The notes: generated by a model not told the origin, from the letters alone. Positions 42,401-52,921 are shown, counted from the stretch's first letter. The stretch: DNA of 64,000 nucleotides from Myxococcales bacterium (GCA_047601445.1 JASGJH010000001.1:4320001-4384000), one strand, 5' to 3'. Numbers and translations are program-made.

Positions 42401-45313
42401 CGGGGACCACCAATGGCTCATCGAGCCCGTCACGAACAGGGTCGCCGCGGCGCGCGCCCCAAGCTTGCCAGCGAGCCCGACTGCCAGCTGGCTGAACGCC
42501 TGCGCTCGCGCCAACTCCCCGCGCCGCACCAGCACGACACAGAAGTTCGCGTAGGCCGGCGCGGCCAGCGCTGTGCTGCCGTGTTTCACCACCGATCGCA
42601 GCAGCCACAGCGCGAGCACGGTCCAGCGCTTCGGATCGCTGCGGAAGAACGGCGGCAAGAGCTCGAGTAGCAACGTTTGCAACGCCACCTGTTCAGGGTC
42701 TTGTGCGGGCGGGACATTCGCGAGCTCCTCGATGTTAAGGCCTGCAAGCACTCCCTCGACCTCAGCCGTGACCTGCGCGGCCGTCAGCTCGGGATCGGCC
42801 TCGAATAGCTCGAGGCCGAACAGGCGCAGCGCCTCGCTGCCCGCCTGAATGGCGCGCGGAAAGTCGAGCAGCATCGTATAGCCGAACACACGCACCTCGT
42901 AGAGCTGCGCCTTCTCCAGGCGCGTACGCGCGCTCGAGAGTGCGTGGTGCAGCAGCTCTTCTGCCTCCTCCTTCGCGCCGCTGACGAAGGCGAGCTGAGC
43001 GGCGTCGCGGTGCAGGCCGATGGCCAGCTCGTGTGCGATAGAAAAGCCGGCGGGTCCGAGCAGCGCGAGCGCACGCCGCAGGTAGACAATCGCCACCTCG
43101 TAGGCCGCACCCGTCTTGGCCCGCTCGGCTGCCCTGGCGTTGAGTTCAGCGAGCTCGAGCCGCTCGTCCGTGAGTGTGAGCAGGCTCTCGGCGCGGTTGA
43201 GTTGCTCGACCACCTCGAACAACGGAAGGGGCGTGCGCTCGCGCAGGGCCTCGCCGATGGCACGATGCAGCGAGAGTCTGCGGGCCTCGGGGAGGAGCTC
43301 GTAGGCTGCCTGCTGCACGCGATCGTGCACGAAGCGGTACGCCGGGCGCTCACGGTCCGCGTCGCGCCCGAGCGTGATCAGGTGCTCTCGGGCCGCGAAC
43401 CACAACGCCTGCGCCATCTCCGGCTCGCTCTGCGCTGCCACCCGCGCCACGAGCTCGAGCTCGAACCGGCTACCGATGCAGGCGGCCACCGTCAGGCCGA
43501 GGGCGGTCGCCTCGGGCAGCCGTCGAATGGACTGCACGAGCAGGTCGATGACGCTGTCGGGGGCAGGCAACGCGGCGATGCGCGCAAGATCCCAGGTCCA
43601 GGTGTTGGCGCCCGCGTCGAACGTCAAGCAATCCGCCCCATGCAGCATGCGCAGGAAGCGCGTGGCGAACAGCGGGTTCCCAGTGGTCTTGTGCAGCACG
43701 AGCTCTGCCAGGGGACGACAGCGCTCAGGTGGAGCACGCAGTACGTCACCGAGCATCTCGACGAAGGCGTCCACCCCGAGCGGGGCGAGGGAGATGGTGA
43801 CGACGTGACCTCCAGCGCCTCGGATCTCTTCCACCACGCAGGCCGCCGGGTGATCTCCCGCTGCCTCTTCGCTGCGCCAGGAGACGATGATCAGCAGGTT
43901 GCCGAGCTCGGCTCCGCTGAGCAAAGCGCCCAAGAGCTTGAGCGAAGCCGCGTCGGCCCACTGCAGATCATCGAAGAACAGCACGAGCGGTCGCCCCGGC
44001 TGCGCGAGGGCGCGCAGAAAGCTGGCCAGCGCGTGTTGGGTGCGGTTCTCCGCCTCGACCGGCCCCACCGGCAGGAGCGGAGGCTGCACACCGAAAAGTG
44101 CCTCGAGGCGTGGCACGATCGAAGTGAGCACACCGGCATGGGGACCGACCATCTTTCTGACCCGGTCGCTCAACTCAGAAACGGTCTGCCCGGCAGGATC
44201 GAGCCGCTCCCGCGTGAGCTCGTCAAGGGCCTGCGCAAGCACTGCGAAGGGAACGTGACGTAGCAGCGGCTGACACTTCCCTGCCGCAAAAAGCGCTTCC
44301 TCGGCAATCCGCCCGCGCAGATCCTCGACCAGCGCGGTCTTTCCCACGCCGGCCCATCCTTGCACGACCGCCAGCGTGTTCCCACCCGCGCGCACTGACT
44401 CGTACGCGGTGGCGAGCTCCGCCCGCTCTCGCTCGCGGCCGTAGAGGGACTGAGCCAGCGAGAGCTCGCGGCGGTCGAGACGGGCCAGCTCGAACGTGCC
44501 GAGGCTTCCGTCGCGCAGCCAGCGCCGCTGCGCCTCTGCGAGGTCGGCTTCCAGCGCGTCGGCCGTTTGGTAGCGCCACTCTGGCATCTTCGCGAGCAGC
44601 TTCATCACGATGTCGGAGAGCAGCTGCGGCAGGCCGGGTCGAATCGTCGCCGGCAGCGCCGGCAGGCGTGCGAGATGTCCGTGCAAGACCTCGAGCGGAT
44701 CGGTCGATGGAAATGGGGGAGCGCCCGTCAGCATTTGATAGAAGGTCGCTCCAAGCGAATACAAGTCTGCGCGCTGATCGACCCAGCGATTCGTGCGCCC
44801 TGTCTGCTCGGGGGCCACGTACGGAAGAGTCGCTTCCAGGCGGCCCGTCCCGCGAGGTAGCTCCGCGAGCCCCGTGACCACGGTCGCGAGTTCGAAGTCG
44901 ACTAGCGTCACACCACCGTGGTCGTCGAGCACGAAGTTGGCCGGGCTCACGTCGCGATGGATGATGTTTTGACGGTGGACGCCCGCAACCGCGGCCGCCA
45001 TCTGCACGGCCAGCCGCAAGAAGGCCGCCACGTCCAGGGGTGCACCGCGCAGCGTCTCCTCGATGTCCCGCGTTCCAACGTCCTCGAGAACCAACGCCAG
45101 GCACCCGTCGATCAGCTCCAGGTTGTGGGGCCGTACGACACCGGGCGCTACCAGGCGCGAGAGCAGGGCGTGCTCGTGACGCAAGCGTGAAGCGCTCTCC
45201 CCGTCGGCGCGATCGGTCCGCGCCATCTTGACGACGAACGGCTCTCCATAGCGTTCGCCGCGAAACACTGCATAGCGCGCTCCGAGGTGGATCTGCCTCA
45301 GTCCAGTCCACAT
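39404..45313 (-). CDS. Multidomain Ser/Thr kinase-AAA ATPase-GAF-PAS-histidine kinase-receiver protein
   Basis: HRDVSPAN, APEQTGR, GVGKT, FFDDLQWAD, GAF (AISLENARLY), PAS, AHDFNNLL, receiver TDIVMP. Confidence 0.93.
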   Translation of the reverse strand: MWTGLRQIHLGARYAVFRGERYGEPFVVKMARTDRADGESASRLRHEHALLSRLVAPGVVRPHNLELIDGCLALVLEDVGTRDIEETLRGAPLDVAAFLRLAVQMAAAVAGVHRQNIIHRDVSPANFVLDDHGGVTLVDFELATVVTGLAELPRGTGRLEATLPYVAPEQTGRTNRWVDQRADLYSLGATFYQMLTGAPPFPSTDPLEVLHGHLARLPALPATIRPGLPQLLSDIVMKLLAKMPEWRYQTADALEADLAEAQRRWLRDGSLGTFELARLDRRELSLAQSLYGRERERAELATAYESVRAGGNTLAVVQGWAGVGKTALVEDLRGRIAEEALFAAGKCQPLLRHVPFAVLAQALDELTRERLDPAGQTVSELSDRVRKMVGPHAGVLTSIVPRLEALFGVQPPLLPVGPVEAENRTQHALASFLRALAQPGRPLVLFFDDLQWADAASLKLLGALLSGAELGNLLIIVSWRSEEAAGDHPAACVVEEIRGAGGHVVTISLAPLGVDAFVEMLGDVLRAPPERCRPLAELVLHKTTGNPLFATRFLRMLHGADCLTFDAGANTWTWDLARIAALPAPDSVIDLLVQSIRRLPEATALGLTVAACIGSRFELELVARVAAQSEPEMAQALWFAAREHLITLGRDADRERPAYRFVHDRVQQAAYELLPEARRLSLHRAIGEALRERTPLPLFEVVEQLNRAESLLTLTDERLELAELNARAAERAKTGAAYEVAIVYLRRALALLGPAGFSIAHELAIGLHRDAAQLAFVSGAKEEAEELLHHALSSARTRLEKAQLYEVRVFGYTMLLDFPRAIQAGSEALRLFGLELFEADPELTAAQVTAEVEGVLAGLNIEELANVPPAQDPEQVALQTLLLELLPPFFRSDPKRWTVLALWLLRSVVKHGSTALAAPAYANFCVVLVRRGELARAQAFSQLAVGLAGKLGARAAATLFVTGSMSHWWSPLRSVIPELHVIAAKGIESGELMWAWYSELKVVRTLLLAGDELRSTAAVLEPLVGRPGQRGWTSQLKLYQQAIRCLQGATPQRGRFEEETESAIVRPGSHDRYALGEYATTRLQLAFVFGDVDGALGWLEQGAQHEDVLACLDIRPVFATYAALSLVAAAERGSPAERATRLARSHVFEAQLSRWAKHCPENYRHKHELLRAELERVEGGSPEPHFHAAIEAAAQAGALHEQALAQELYARFCLSQGHPHVAAQWFRGALDTWSHYGASAKVKQLEEEVVLLSLPAARRWTTPITSGEGVSFDALTLFKAAETLSSEVVLDKLLEKLMHICVEAAGAQRAALLVERDGQLRLEARLDVERGLLEVSGDHQGNGRILVSEAIVLHTLRSGEDVVLANAAEAGAFTADPYVRARASKSIVSLPVRHRDRITAVLFLENDLSSDAFTKKRLEMLRLLVVQAAISLENARLYDSLRGSEALLRDFLEGMPVGVYVVNPRGEITLANRKAIEITGAPHDPTPTLAQATMAHHIVVAGTNEAYPMERLPASRALQGETVMVDDIAVARRDRTVPIAAWATPIHGQDGAVRYAIVAFQDISAQREMETDRARLEAQLHQAQRLESIGRLSGGIAHDFNNLLTPILIYSELAIGALPEKSPIRAQIAQVRDAAESAASLTRQLLAFGRQQVLEPRELDLNQELLSFERMFRRLVREDIEVRLDLDRAIKLVLADHAQMQRVLMNLGTNAADAMPSSGTITFETRQGTLLASDVDQPNDEPPVRRAAVVLRVHDTGQGMDTITLDKLFDPFFTTKPPGKGTGLGLPTVYGIVKQHGGEMSVHSEPGRGTTFEITLPCVTDGTPLAQRSLSAGRDAVARSGGGETVLVVDDNDAVRNVVREVLEAEGYHVLAFGSSLEALDVARKLGGSLDLLVTDIVMPGMGGRELYERLAPELPHAAVLFISGYTGEYVPNEADTQAGVGRLQKPISREALCEKARALLDARSGSKG

Positions 45314-45488
45314 GACGGTTCTATGATCCCATGCCTGGCCCGCCCGGGCAGGCTCAGTCGCCAACGACTCCCGAGGCGAGACCGCAAAGCAGCGAGAACT
45401 AGTGGCGCGAGCGCGCGCCGAGCGTGAGTTTGCGAGAGAAAGGGGCGCTGCCGTGTGCGATAGTGAGCGATGAACCGATCGGAAACCT

Positions 45489-45926
45489 ATGGCCGAGATC
45501 ACCATCGTTGATGAGTTCGACGCTCTGCTGCTCCGCTACACCGTGCCGCAGGGAAGGTCCGGGCTCGCGGGCGCGGCTCTCGAGGGAGCGCAGTTGCCGG
45601 GCGCGCAGCTCGCAGGCGCAGACCTCAGCGGTGCAGATCTCTACTGGGCGTCCCTGTTTCGAGCCGATCTGCGCGGCGCCAAGCTCGACAACGCTGTGCT
45701 CTGCGGTGCGGACCTCAAGCAGGCCAATCTCGAAGGAGCGTCCCTCAAGAACGCGGACTTGGGTCTTGATCGACTCAATGGCTCTACCTCGCTCGAGGGA
45801 GCCAATCTTCGCGGCACGGACCTCCGCTGGACCAAGCTCACGGGAGCCCAATACGACGAAGCAACCCAGTTCCCTGCAGGGTTCGACCCCGCGCAAGCGG
45901 GCATGCGTCGCACGCGGAGGAGCTGA
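45489..45926 (+). CDS. Pentapeptide repeat protein
   Basis: A(D/N)LxG repeats; C-terminal [15 protein letters not shown] motif. Confidence 0.92.
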   Translation: MAEITIVDEFDALLLRYTVPQGRSGLAGAALEGAQLPGAQLAGADLSGADLYWASLFRADLRGAKLDNAVLCGADLKQANLEGASLKNADLGLDRLNGSTSLEGANLRGTDLRWTKLTGAQYDEATQFPAGFDPAQAGMRRTRRS

Positions 45927-46263
45927 GTCGGTCGGTTCGAGAAGGCAGTCTTCTGACTACTCGACCGCGTAGTCCTTGCACGGTGCGCTTCGCACTCAAC
46001 GCTCTCGGTCAAATCCGAAGGCATATGCCGAAGAAATGACCAGAGCGGTTAGGCGCATGAAGATCGTGTTGGCGTGAGTTGTAGAGTCGTTCAGTGTCGT
46101 CAGCGAAACTGTGTAGACGGGGAAGCCGGTCGGTTGACGCGTCGTACCCTGCCCCGTGGAGCGCGACCTGATTCGCTCGCCCAACATCTCTCTGCACTGG
46201 AGGTAGCCGTCAGGTCGCCCTGGACACATCCGTGTTCAACGTAGCGCTCGATTGGAGGACTCT

Positions 46264-47451
46264 ATGCGCGACATAAGAAAGAGCAATCGGCAGTTCGTTC
46301 AAAGGCACTTGCCGGCATTCAGGATGTGCTTGGCGACGCTGCTTGCAGGCACAAGCGGATGCGCCGAGCTGCAGGCAGACGACCTCGATGGCGACGAGCG
46401 TGGTTCCGCGATCGAGCGAGACCAGAGCAGCGACAAGCAACCAGTTGAAGGCGTCGAGCAAGCGGTCTATCTGCCGGGCCCGTGCATCCCGACCGTTTTC
46501 AACCCTTGCCCGAGCGGAGCGCTCCTGGTGGGGACCAAGAAACCAACAGGCCTCGCAGCCAATGATCAGCTCGTGTTCTGGTCCAGCGCACCGGACGCGG
46601 CGGGCGCTGCGGTGTTCAAGATTCCCGTGACAGGCGGAGCAGCCAGCACCGTCGTCTGGAGTCACACCAGCCCCTTTCCAGCCTATGTCACGTCGCTCGC
46701 AATCGACCCCGTCAATGTGTACTGGTTCAACGCGGATTTCGATCCGAACGACCCGCACAACAGCATCAGCTTCCCGTACACCCTCTGGCACGCTCCCCAA
46801 GCTGGAGGTACCGCTGCGTCGCTGTTCCAGGGCCAGACGGACACACCTACGATGCCGCTGCAAGGACTGGCCCCGTCGTCCACGTCACAGAGCGTCTACG
46901 CGGCGCTCACGGTCTCTGGGATCCGCCGGGCCTCCTACCTCAGTTTCTTGAACATCCATACCTGGCTCAACTCGGCCATCGAGCTGAATGGGATACCGTG
47001 GTACCCATTTGATCTTACGGTTGACACGCAGAACGTCTACTTCAGCGACAACGTTGCCGGAAGCCTGTATCAAAGGCCTTTGTCCTTGGCGGCCGACGAC
47101 CCCAATGTCATCCACTTGGGTGACGCGATCGCAACGCCCAACTCGCCGCTCGCCAACTACAATGGACGCCTCTACTACGCGAGCGGCAATTCAATCAAGT
47201 CGGTCCCCAGCGGCGGCGGTGGCCAGCCCTCCACCTTCGCCACGGACTCGGGCCCGCCCACCAGCTTTGCCGTGGATGGCGCGAACCTCTACTGGACCTG
47301 CACGAAATGCGGAACCGTGTCCAAGCAAGCATTTGGCGGCGGCGCCGCCACCGTGCTGGCCTTCAATCAATCGTCTCCGAAGTTCGTGGCGGTCAACTCG
47401 ACCGACGTGTTCTGGGGGACTTCGAGCAGCATTCGCTACACGACGAAGTAG
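46264..47451 (+). CDS. Lipoprotein with beta-propeller repeats (xxVYW type)
   Basis: RBS GGAGG, lipobox TSGC, repeats LAIDPVNVYW, LTVDTQNVYF, FAVDGANLYW. Confidence 0.75.
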   Translation: MRDIRKSNRQFVQRHLPAFRMCLATLLAGTSGCAELQADDLDGDERGSAIERDQSSDKQPVEGVEQAVYLPGPCIPTVFNPCPSGALLVGTKKPTGLAANDQLVFWSSAPDAAGAAVFKIPVTGGAASTVVWSHTSPFPAYVTSLAIDPVNVYWFNADFDPNDPHNSISFPYTLWHAPQAGGTAASLFQGQTDTPTMPLQGLAPSSTSQSVYAALTVSGIRRASYLSFLNIHTWLNSAIELNGIPWYPFDLTVDTQNVYFSDNVAGSLYQRPLSLAADDPNVIHLGDAIATPNSPLANYNGRLYYASGNSIKSVPSGGGGQPSTFATDSGPPTSFAVDGANLYWTCTKCGTVSKQAFGGGAATVLAFNQSSPKFVAVNSTDVFWGTSSSIRYTTK

Positions 47452-47559
47452 TGCGGCGTTTGAGACAGGCGCTCCTTTGCTTCCCTCCGAGAGCCGGCGC
47501 TAGGCTGCGCCCACATCAGGCGTTGGCCTTGTCACCGGGGGACCGGGCGACAGCAACTG

Positions 47560-47985
47560 CTACTTGCCATCGAGAAAGCGCCACGAGAGCTCGTCGGCAA
47601 GCGCTCGTTGCTCGGCAGTCCAGCCTTCGTACGCGGTGTCGTTCAGGCGCGCCTGGATCAGCTCGTACTCCGCCTCATTCCGAATCCTCTTCCCAAGCAG
47701 GATCTTGAGGACTTTGCGCTCGTCGCTGCTGCGCAGCGAGGTGAGTGTAGGAGCGCCTGCAGCGGTCAGCTCGGTGTCGAGCGCGGCGAGCTCAGGTCCT
47801 TTCAAGTCTTGCAGCATTTCGACGCTGTCGCGGACCACCATACGCATCCCGGCCACCTGCTTGCACTGCATGACCGCCGGAATGAAGTATTCATCGACTA
47901 AAGGGACTCCTCGCGCCTTTCTATGGCGAGCGATCACAAGAGCGAACTTACGTAGAGCCTCGAGCTCGGGATTGATGCGGGGCAT
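47560..47985 (-). CDS. Hypothetical protein
   Basis: 141-aa ORF with an RBS-like GGAG upstream and plausible codon usage. Confidence 0.6.
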   Translation of the reverse strand: MPRINPELEALRKFALVIARHRKARGVPLVDEYFIPAVMQCKQVAGMRMVVRDSVEMLQDLKGPELAALDTELTAAGAPTLTSLRSSDERKVLKILLGKRIRNEAEYELIQARLNDTAYEGWTAEQRALADELSWRFLDGK

Positions 47986-48107
47986 ACGGCGGCTTTCTCC
48001 CGGTCACTATACAGTGCGCCGGATGCGATGGAAGGCACTGCTGCCTTGCAGGCCTGAAGACGGCAGTCGCGGACACCAACGCCTCGGTGGAAGGGCTGAT
48101 TGCTCCT

Positions 48108-49349
48108 TCACGTGGATGGCAGAAGGGCCAACCGGCTGAGTAGGTATCCCTTCATCGCGTCGTCCGTCGTCAACCCGATCGCGATGCTCAGGGCCTCGAC
48201 CGCCCCCGCGGTCTCCTCGGCGCACGCGAGCAGATGCCCCTTCGCCGCCCAATACGGCTGGTACGACTGCATGCGCTTGTCGTTCTCGAGCGGCGCCAGA
48301 TCGGCGAGGGCCGCGCGCGGTCCGTGCACCTCGGCACGCGCGACCGCACGGTTGAGGATGACGACGGGCGAGCCCGTGAGCGCGAGCAGGTGATCGTAGA
48401 GCGCGACGACAGCTGGCCAGTTCGAAACGCCCGTGAAGCGTCGCGCGACGTGTGCGGATTGGATCGCCGCCTCGATCTGGTAACGCCCGCTCGGCCCACC
48501 GACGTTCGCCCGACGCAGCAAGTTCTCGGCGAGCGCGAGCGATGCGACGTCCCAGAGGTTGGTGTCCTGTTGCTCCAGCGGCACGTAGGCGCCGGCCACG
48601 TCGCGACGCGCGGCCCGACGGGCGGCCGTGTAGAGCAGCAGCGCCAGCATGCCCTTGGCTTCGGGCTCGTCGGGGAGCAGCGAGACGACGAGCCGCGCGA
48701 GCCAGATGGCCTCGTCGGCGAGCTCGGGCAGTCCGTCTTCGCCTACCTCGTTCCAGCCCTTGGTGTAGGCCGCGTAGATCGCGTCGAGCACGGCCGCGAG
48801 CCGCTCCGGCAGCTCCGCGTGGTCCGGCTCGGAGAAGGGGATTCCCGCGTCGCGGATGCGAAGCTTCGCCCGCGAGAGCCGTTGCCCCATCGTCTTGGGC
48901 GGAAGCAGGAAGGTGGAGGCCATGTCCTCGGCGGTGAGACCGAGGATGGTCTGGAGGATGAGCGGCGTGCGCACGCTGCGCTCGATGGCGGGATGCGCGC
49001 AGGCGAACATCAACGCGAGCCGGCGATCCGGGACCTCGTTCGGCGTGTCCCCCAGCGCTTCGAGCTCGTCGCCGACGAGCTGCAGATGCGCCTCCCCTGC
49101 GTCACGAGTCTGCCGCTTGCGCACGACGTCGGTCTGCCGCCGGCGCGCTGCGGTCAGTAGCCATGCCTGCGGATTCTCCGGCACGCCGTCGATCGGCCAA
49201 CGGTGGAGCGCGGCGGCGAAGGCCTCGCCGAGCGCATCCTCTGCTTCCGCCACATCGCGCGTGCGCGCGGTCAGAAAGGCGAGGAGGCGTCCGTAGCTCT
49301 CGCGCGCAACGCGCTCGGCGGCGCGATTGGCCTCTCCCGCCACCGGCAT
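48108..49349 (-). CDS. ECF sigma factor with C-terminal extension (ECF42/DUF6596-type)
   Basis: AEDALGEAF..AL..WP..GVP.NP.AWL, DRRLALMFACAHPA, GRYQIEAAIQSAH. Coupled to YciI. Confidence 0.9.
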   Translation of the reverse strand: MPVAGEANRAAERVARESYGRLLAFLTARTRDVAEAEDALGEAFAAALHRWPIDGVPENPQAWLLTAARRRQTDVVRKRQTRDAGEAHLQLVGDELEALGDTPNEVPDRRLALMFACAHPAIERSVRTPLILQTILGLTAEDMASTFLLPPKTMGQRLSRAKLRIRDAGIPFSEPDHAELPERLAAVLDAIYAAYTKGWNEVGEDGLPELADEAIWLARLVVSLLPDEPEAKGMLALLLYTAARRAARRDVAGAYVPLEQQDTNLWDVASLALAENLLRRANVGGPSGRYQIEAAIQSAHVARRFTGVSNWPAVVALYDHLLALTGSPVVILNRAVARAEVHGPRAALADLAPLENDKRMQSYQPYWAAKGHLLACAEETAGAVEALSIAIGLTTDDAMKGYLLSRLALLPST

Positions 49350-49699
49350 CAACGCTTGCCTGCCCGCGTATCCATCATCGGCCGCACCTCGACCGAGCCG
49401 TACTTGCTCGACGGGCAGCGCTTCGCCCACGCAATTGCTTCATCGAGGCTCGGGACCTCGACGAAGAAGTAGCCTGCGAACTGCTCCTTCGTGTCCGCGT
49501 AGGGGCCGTCGAGCACGTCGGTCCTCCCCTCGTGCTGGCGGACGGTGGTCGCGGCCGAGCTCGGCTGCAGGCGCTCTCCGGCGGACGAGCCTTCGGCCTT
49601 TGCGAGTGCGTCGTTGAAAGCGGCGTACTCGGCCCAGAGCTCCTTCGGGGCATTCGCGAGGGCGGCTTCGTCGTGGTGAATCAGCATCATGAATCGCAT
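49349..49699 (-). CDS. YciI/DGPF-family protein
   Basis: DGPYADTKEQFAGY, EAIAWAKRCP, VEVRP. Confidence 0.92.
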   Translation of the reverse strand: MRFMMLIHHDEAALANAPKELWAEYAAFNDALAKAEGSSAGERLQPSSAATTVRQHEGRTDVLDGPYADTKEQFAGYFFVEVPSLDEAIAWAKRCPSSKYGSVEVRPMMDTRAGKR

Positions 49700-49784
49700 G
49701 TCGTTCGCTCCTGACGGGAACACGGGTCCCGATATACCGGTGACGGGCGAGGCGCCGGGAATTCTACTGGGTCGCTCGATTTTC

Positions 49785-50237
49785 TCACGGCGTCGCGGCC
49801 GGTCGCAGCAACGGAAGGATACCGAGGACGCGGTTCGCCGGCCGCAACGCCCACGATGTAAGCGTCATCAGCGCGATCACCGCGGTGACGGCCAGGTGCC
49901 AGCGTTCGCTGCCGATCACGAGATGCGACACGAACGCGCCGGTCATATTGAAGACGATGCCGGCATAGGCCCACTCCTTGAGCCGCACCAGGCCCGGCGC
50001 GAGGAGGACGAGTGCGCCGAGCACCTTCCAGAAGCCGAGGATGGCGATGAAGTAGCTCGGATATCCGAGGCGCAGCATCCCTTCCATGGTCTCCGGGCGT
50101 TGGACGAGCTCGGAGACGCCGCCGGAGAGCATGAAGAACGCGATCAAGGCCGTGGTCGTCCAGTAGGTGATGGTCCGGGCCTTCGTGGGGAAAGCGGGGG
50201 TGGCGGGGGTGGGAGGGATCGTCGTGGTGTGTTGCAT
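49785..50237 (-). CDS. DoxX-family membrane protein
   Basis: YWTTT, LGYPSYF..ILG.WKVLG, RLKEWAYAG. Confidence 0.9.
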   Translation of the reverse strand: MQHTTTIPPTPATPAFPTKARTITYWTTTALIAFFMLSGGVSELVQRPETMEGMLRLGYPSYFIAILGFWKVLGALVLLAPGLVRLKEWAYAGIVFNMTGAFVSHLVIGSERWHLAVTAVIALMTLTSWALRPANRVLGILPLLRPAATP

Positions 50238-50755
50238 GGGGTCGCTCCGTCGCGGGAAGTTCGGTCCCGCTATAGGCATGACGGGCGTGAGGTCGGCATT
50301 TCTACAGGGCGTGGGAGAAATGTCGCTGGAGCATGCTTTCGGCGAGCTCGATGCGCCCCCGCCTCCTGAGTGCCGCCCTAAGTCGGGGCATGTCTTGCCT
50401 GATCTGGGTCAGCCCTCTCAGAGGTCGAAGGTAGCGTGCTGAGCGCGCGCGATCGGTGCCGTGCGGCGTGGCTGCGAGTGCTCACGCCTAGTTGGACGAG
50501 GTCAAGCAGGCAAACCGTGCCCCTTTTGGCTTGATGCTACCGTATGGCTACAAGGTAGATGGCGGCCTCGCGGCCGCGAGGGAGCTGCTCGAGGAAACTT
50601 GGTCGCCGTTGTCGGCTTCGAGTCCTACGAACTCGCGCAGCAGGCCCTCTCACTTCGAGCGGTGAGGTGGTGGCCTATCTCTGGACGACCATCGACCCGG
50701 CAGGAAGCCCGCTTCATCTGAATGCTCTGCGGTGAGTGCGCCCGAGGAGACGGAC

Positions 50756-52087
50756 ATGGGGACCATGACGAAGGATCGGCATGCATTGCGTCTCACGCTG
50801 GCGCTCGGCCTTGCATCGCTCGCCGGTTGCGGCAGCGACGAGGGCGGGCACTCGAGCGAGAGCGATGCAGCCGACGCCGGAAGCGAGGTCGTTCTCGAGT
50901 TGTTCAGCTGGTGGAAGGCGCCGGGTGAGGCGGAGGCGCTCTCCGCTCTCATCTCCGCGCATCACGCGCGCTATCCGAACGTGTCCATCTACAACCTCGC
51001 GGTCTCCAACGAAGACGCTCCCTACGTGATGGCCGAACGCTTCGGCTTCAAATGCACAGCGAAGCGCACACTCGACACCACCGTCGACTGTCGGCGTGAC
51101 GAGAGCATCACGCCGGACCCTGTGGATCTCATGCAATGGAATCTCGGCGACGTGAAGCGCGTGTGGATTGACCAGGGCGTCAAGTTCACCGCGCTCGACG
51201 CCGTGCTCGATGAAGAGAACGTCGTCGATCAACTTCTTCCCGAAGCCCGCGAGGCCGTGACGGTAGACGGCGAGATCATCGCCCTACCCGTCGGCATCCA
51301 TCGCAACAACAACCTCATCTACAATCGGGACGTGCTCGATGTCGCCGGTGTGGACCCCGAAGGCCTCGAGACGTGGGAGGACTTTATCGCGGCCTGCGAC
51401 AAAGTTCAGACGAGCGGCAAGACCTGTCTCGCCACCGGCACCCAGGGCTGGATCATGAACATCCTGTTCGGCAATGTGGTGGCCATGACGATGGGGGCCC
51501 AGGGCTACGTCGATTACTATTCTGGGAAGAGCAGCGCCGATGACCCCAAGTTGGCCGAAGCCGTGCAGAACTTCGACCTGCTCATGCGCAAGTACGTGGG
51601 CAAGACCGCCGAGCTTCCAGGCGGATGGGACGAAGCCTGCGCGAAGCTGCAGGACGGCAAGGCTGCGTTCTACCTCCACGGCGACTGGGCTGTCGGCCTG
51701 CTCAAAGCCCGCGGCTGGGACTCCACGAACTTCGGCGTAATGGCCTCGCCCGGTAGTCAGGGCCTCTTTCTGTTCGGAGTCGATGGCTTCCTCTTGCCGG
51801 AGGGCAGCATGCACGGCGACGCAGCGCTCGAGGTGATTCGCACCTGGAGCTCGCCCGAAGCGCTGGCGGCGTTCTCGAAGGCCAAGGGGGCCACACCGCC
51901 GCGAAAGGACGTAGACCTCACCGACGACCCCCTGGCTAACGGCACTTATCAGGACCTGCTCAAGGCCGAGTACCCGCTGCCAGAGAACGACCGCGGCGTG
52001 AAGTTCGAGACCCTCGCGGAATACGTAACCGGGAAGAAGACCGTTGCCGACATCCTGACGGAGGCAAAGTCGGTCTACGCCAGGTGA
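50756..52087 (+). CDS. Carbohydrate ABC transporter substrate-binding lipoprotein (orphan)
   Basis: Lipobox LAGC, FSWW..PGEAEAL, PVGIHRNN, GKAAFYLHGDW. No permease or ATPase genes adjacent. Confidence 0.85.
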   Translation: MGTMTKDRHALRLTLALGLASLAGCGSDEGGHSSESDAADAGSEVVLELFSWWKAPGEAEALSALISAHHARYPNVSIYNLAVSNEDAPYVMAERFGFKCTAKRTLDTTVDCRRDESITPDPVDLMQWNLGDVKRVWIDQGVKFTALDAVLDEENVVDQLLPEAREAVTVDGEIIALPVGIHRNNNLIYNRDVLDVAGVDPEGLETWEDFIAACDKVQTSGKTCLATGTQGWIMNILFGNVVAMTMGAQGYVDYYSGKSSADDPKLAEAVQNFDLLMRKYVGKTAELPGGWDEACAKLQDGKAAFYLHGDWAVGLLKARGWDSTNFGVMASPGSQGLFLFGVDGFLLPEGSMHGDAALEVIRTWSSPEALAAFSKAKGATPPRKDVDLTDDPLANGTYQDLLKAEYPLPENDRGVKFETLAEYVTGKKTVADILTEAKSVYAR

Positions 52088-52121
52088 GGTCGAGGCGTTC
52101 GCGGCCAACGCGCGTCGACTC

Positions 52122-52229
52122 GACCTCCGCTGGCCCAAGCTCACGGGAGCCCAATAAGACGAAGCAACCCAGTTCCCTGCAACGTTTGATCCGGCAAGAG
52201 CGGGTATGCGTCGCGAGCGGAGGAGCTGA
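52122..52229 (+). repeat. Degenerate 108-bp direct copy of the pentapeptide gene 3' end (45819-45926), with a premature stop
   Basis: Ungapped manual alignment gives about 13 mismatches in 108 bp; TAC becomes TAA in the copy. Confidence 0.9.
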
Positions 52230-52921
52230 CCTAGTCGCTCCCAGTAGGAACTCTTCGCAGCGTAGCGAGGCAGGCGCGACGCGAATCTGCCCAACCAGTT
52301 GACCCAGCTTTCCGAATACGGACGGTCGAGAAGTTCGAGCAGCATCTCTTGGCCGCCGATCCGTTTAGGCATTTCTTCGCTGCGATGCAGACGGCATGGC
52401 TTAGGGAAGTGCTGCGAATGAGCGCAGAACTTCCTGGGACAAGCAGGCCGAACCGCAGCGACGGATCGAACGATTGACCATCCATCCGAGTCTCCTGCGA
52501 CCAAGCAATTGCGTCGACGACGTTACCGCCGGCAAGCCTTCCTGCAACAATTGCCATCACCCCCTCTTGAATGAGACGACCTCTGAGTCTGCAGAACGAC
52601 ACTTCCTCGGAGACCGCTTAGTCACTTCTTTGGCCCGCAACAACTTCCGCGCCGCCGCCAGAGATGCACGTTCATGCGACTCGTCGGAGTGGATGCTGTT
52701 TTCGTTGCTTGAGTTGCGAAGTGCTTCTTGCTTTCGTTGAGGCATCGCTATAAATGGTGACTCATGCTGACTAGCAGGAGATGTCCTTCCAGGACTGATC
52801 CCTAGGCGGGGCGCCGCACCACCAGTTCGATGGTGTCGTGTCACGCACTTCTCTCTGCACGGTCTGACGCAGTTCCAATCGATGTGCTTTGTCATCAACA
52901 GCAAACCACGGTATCGGACGC

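Noticed and set aside
52231..52602. Small reverse-strand ORF upstream of the RiPP operon as an immunity gene or second precursor
   Set aside because: No recognisable motif and atypical composition; it may be a decayed fragment, but I cannot support it.
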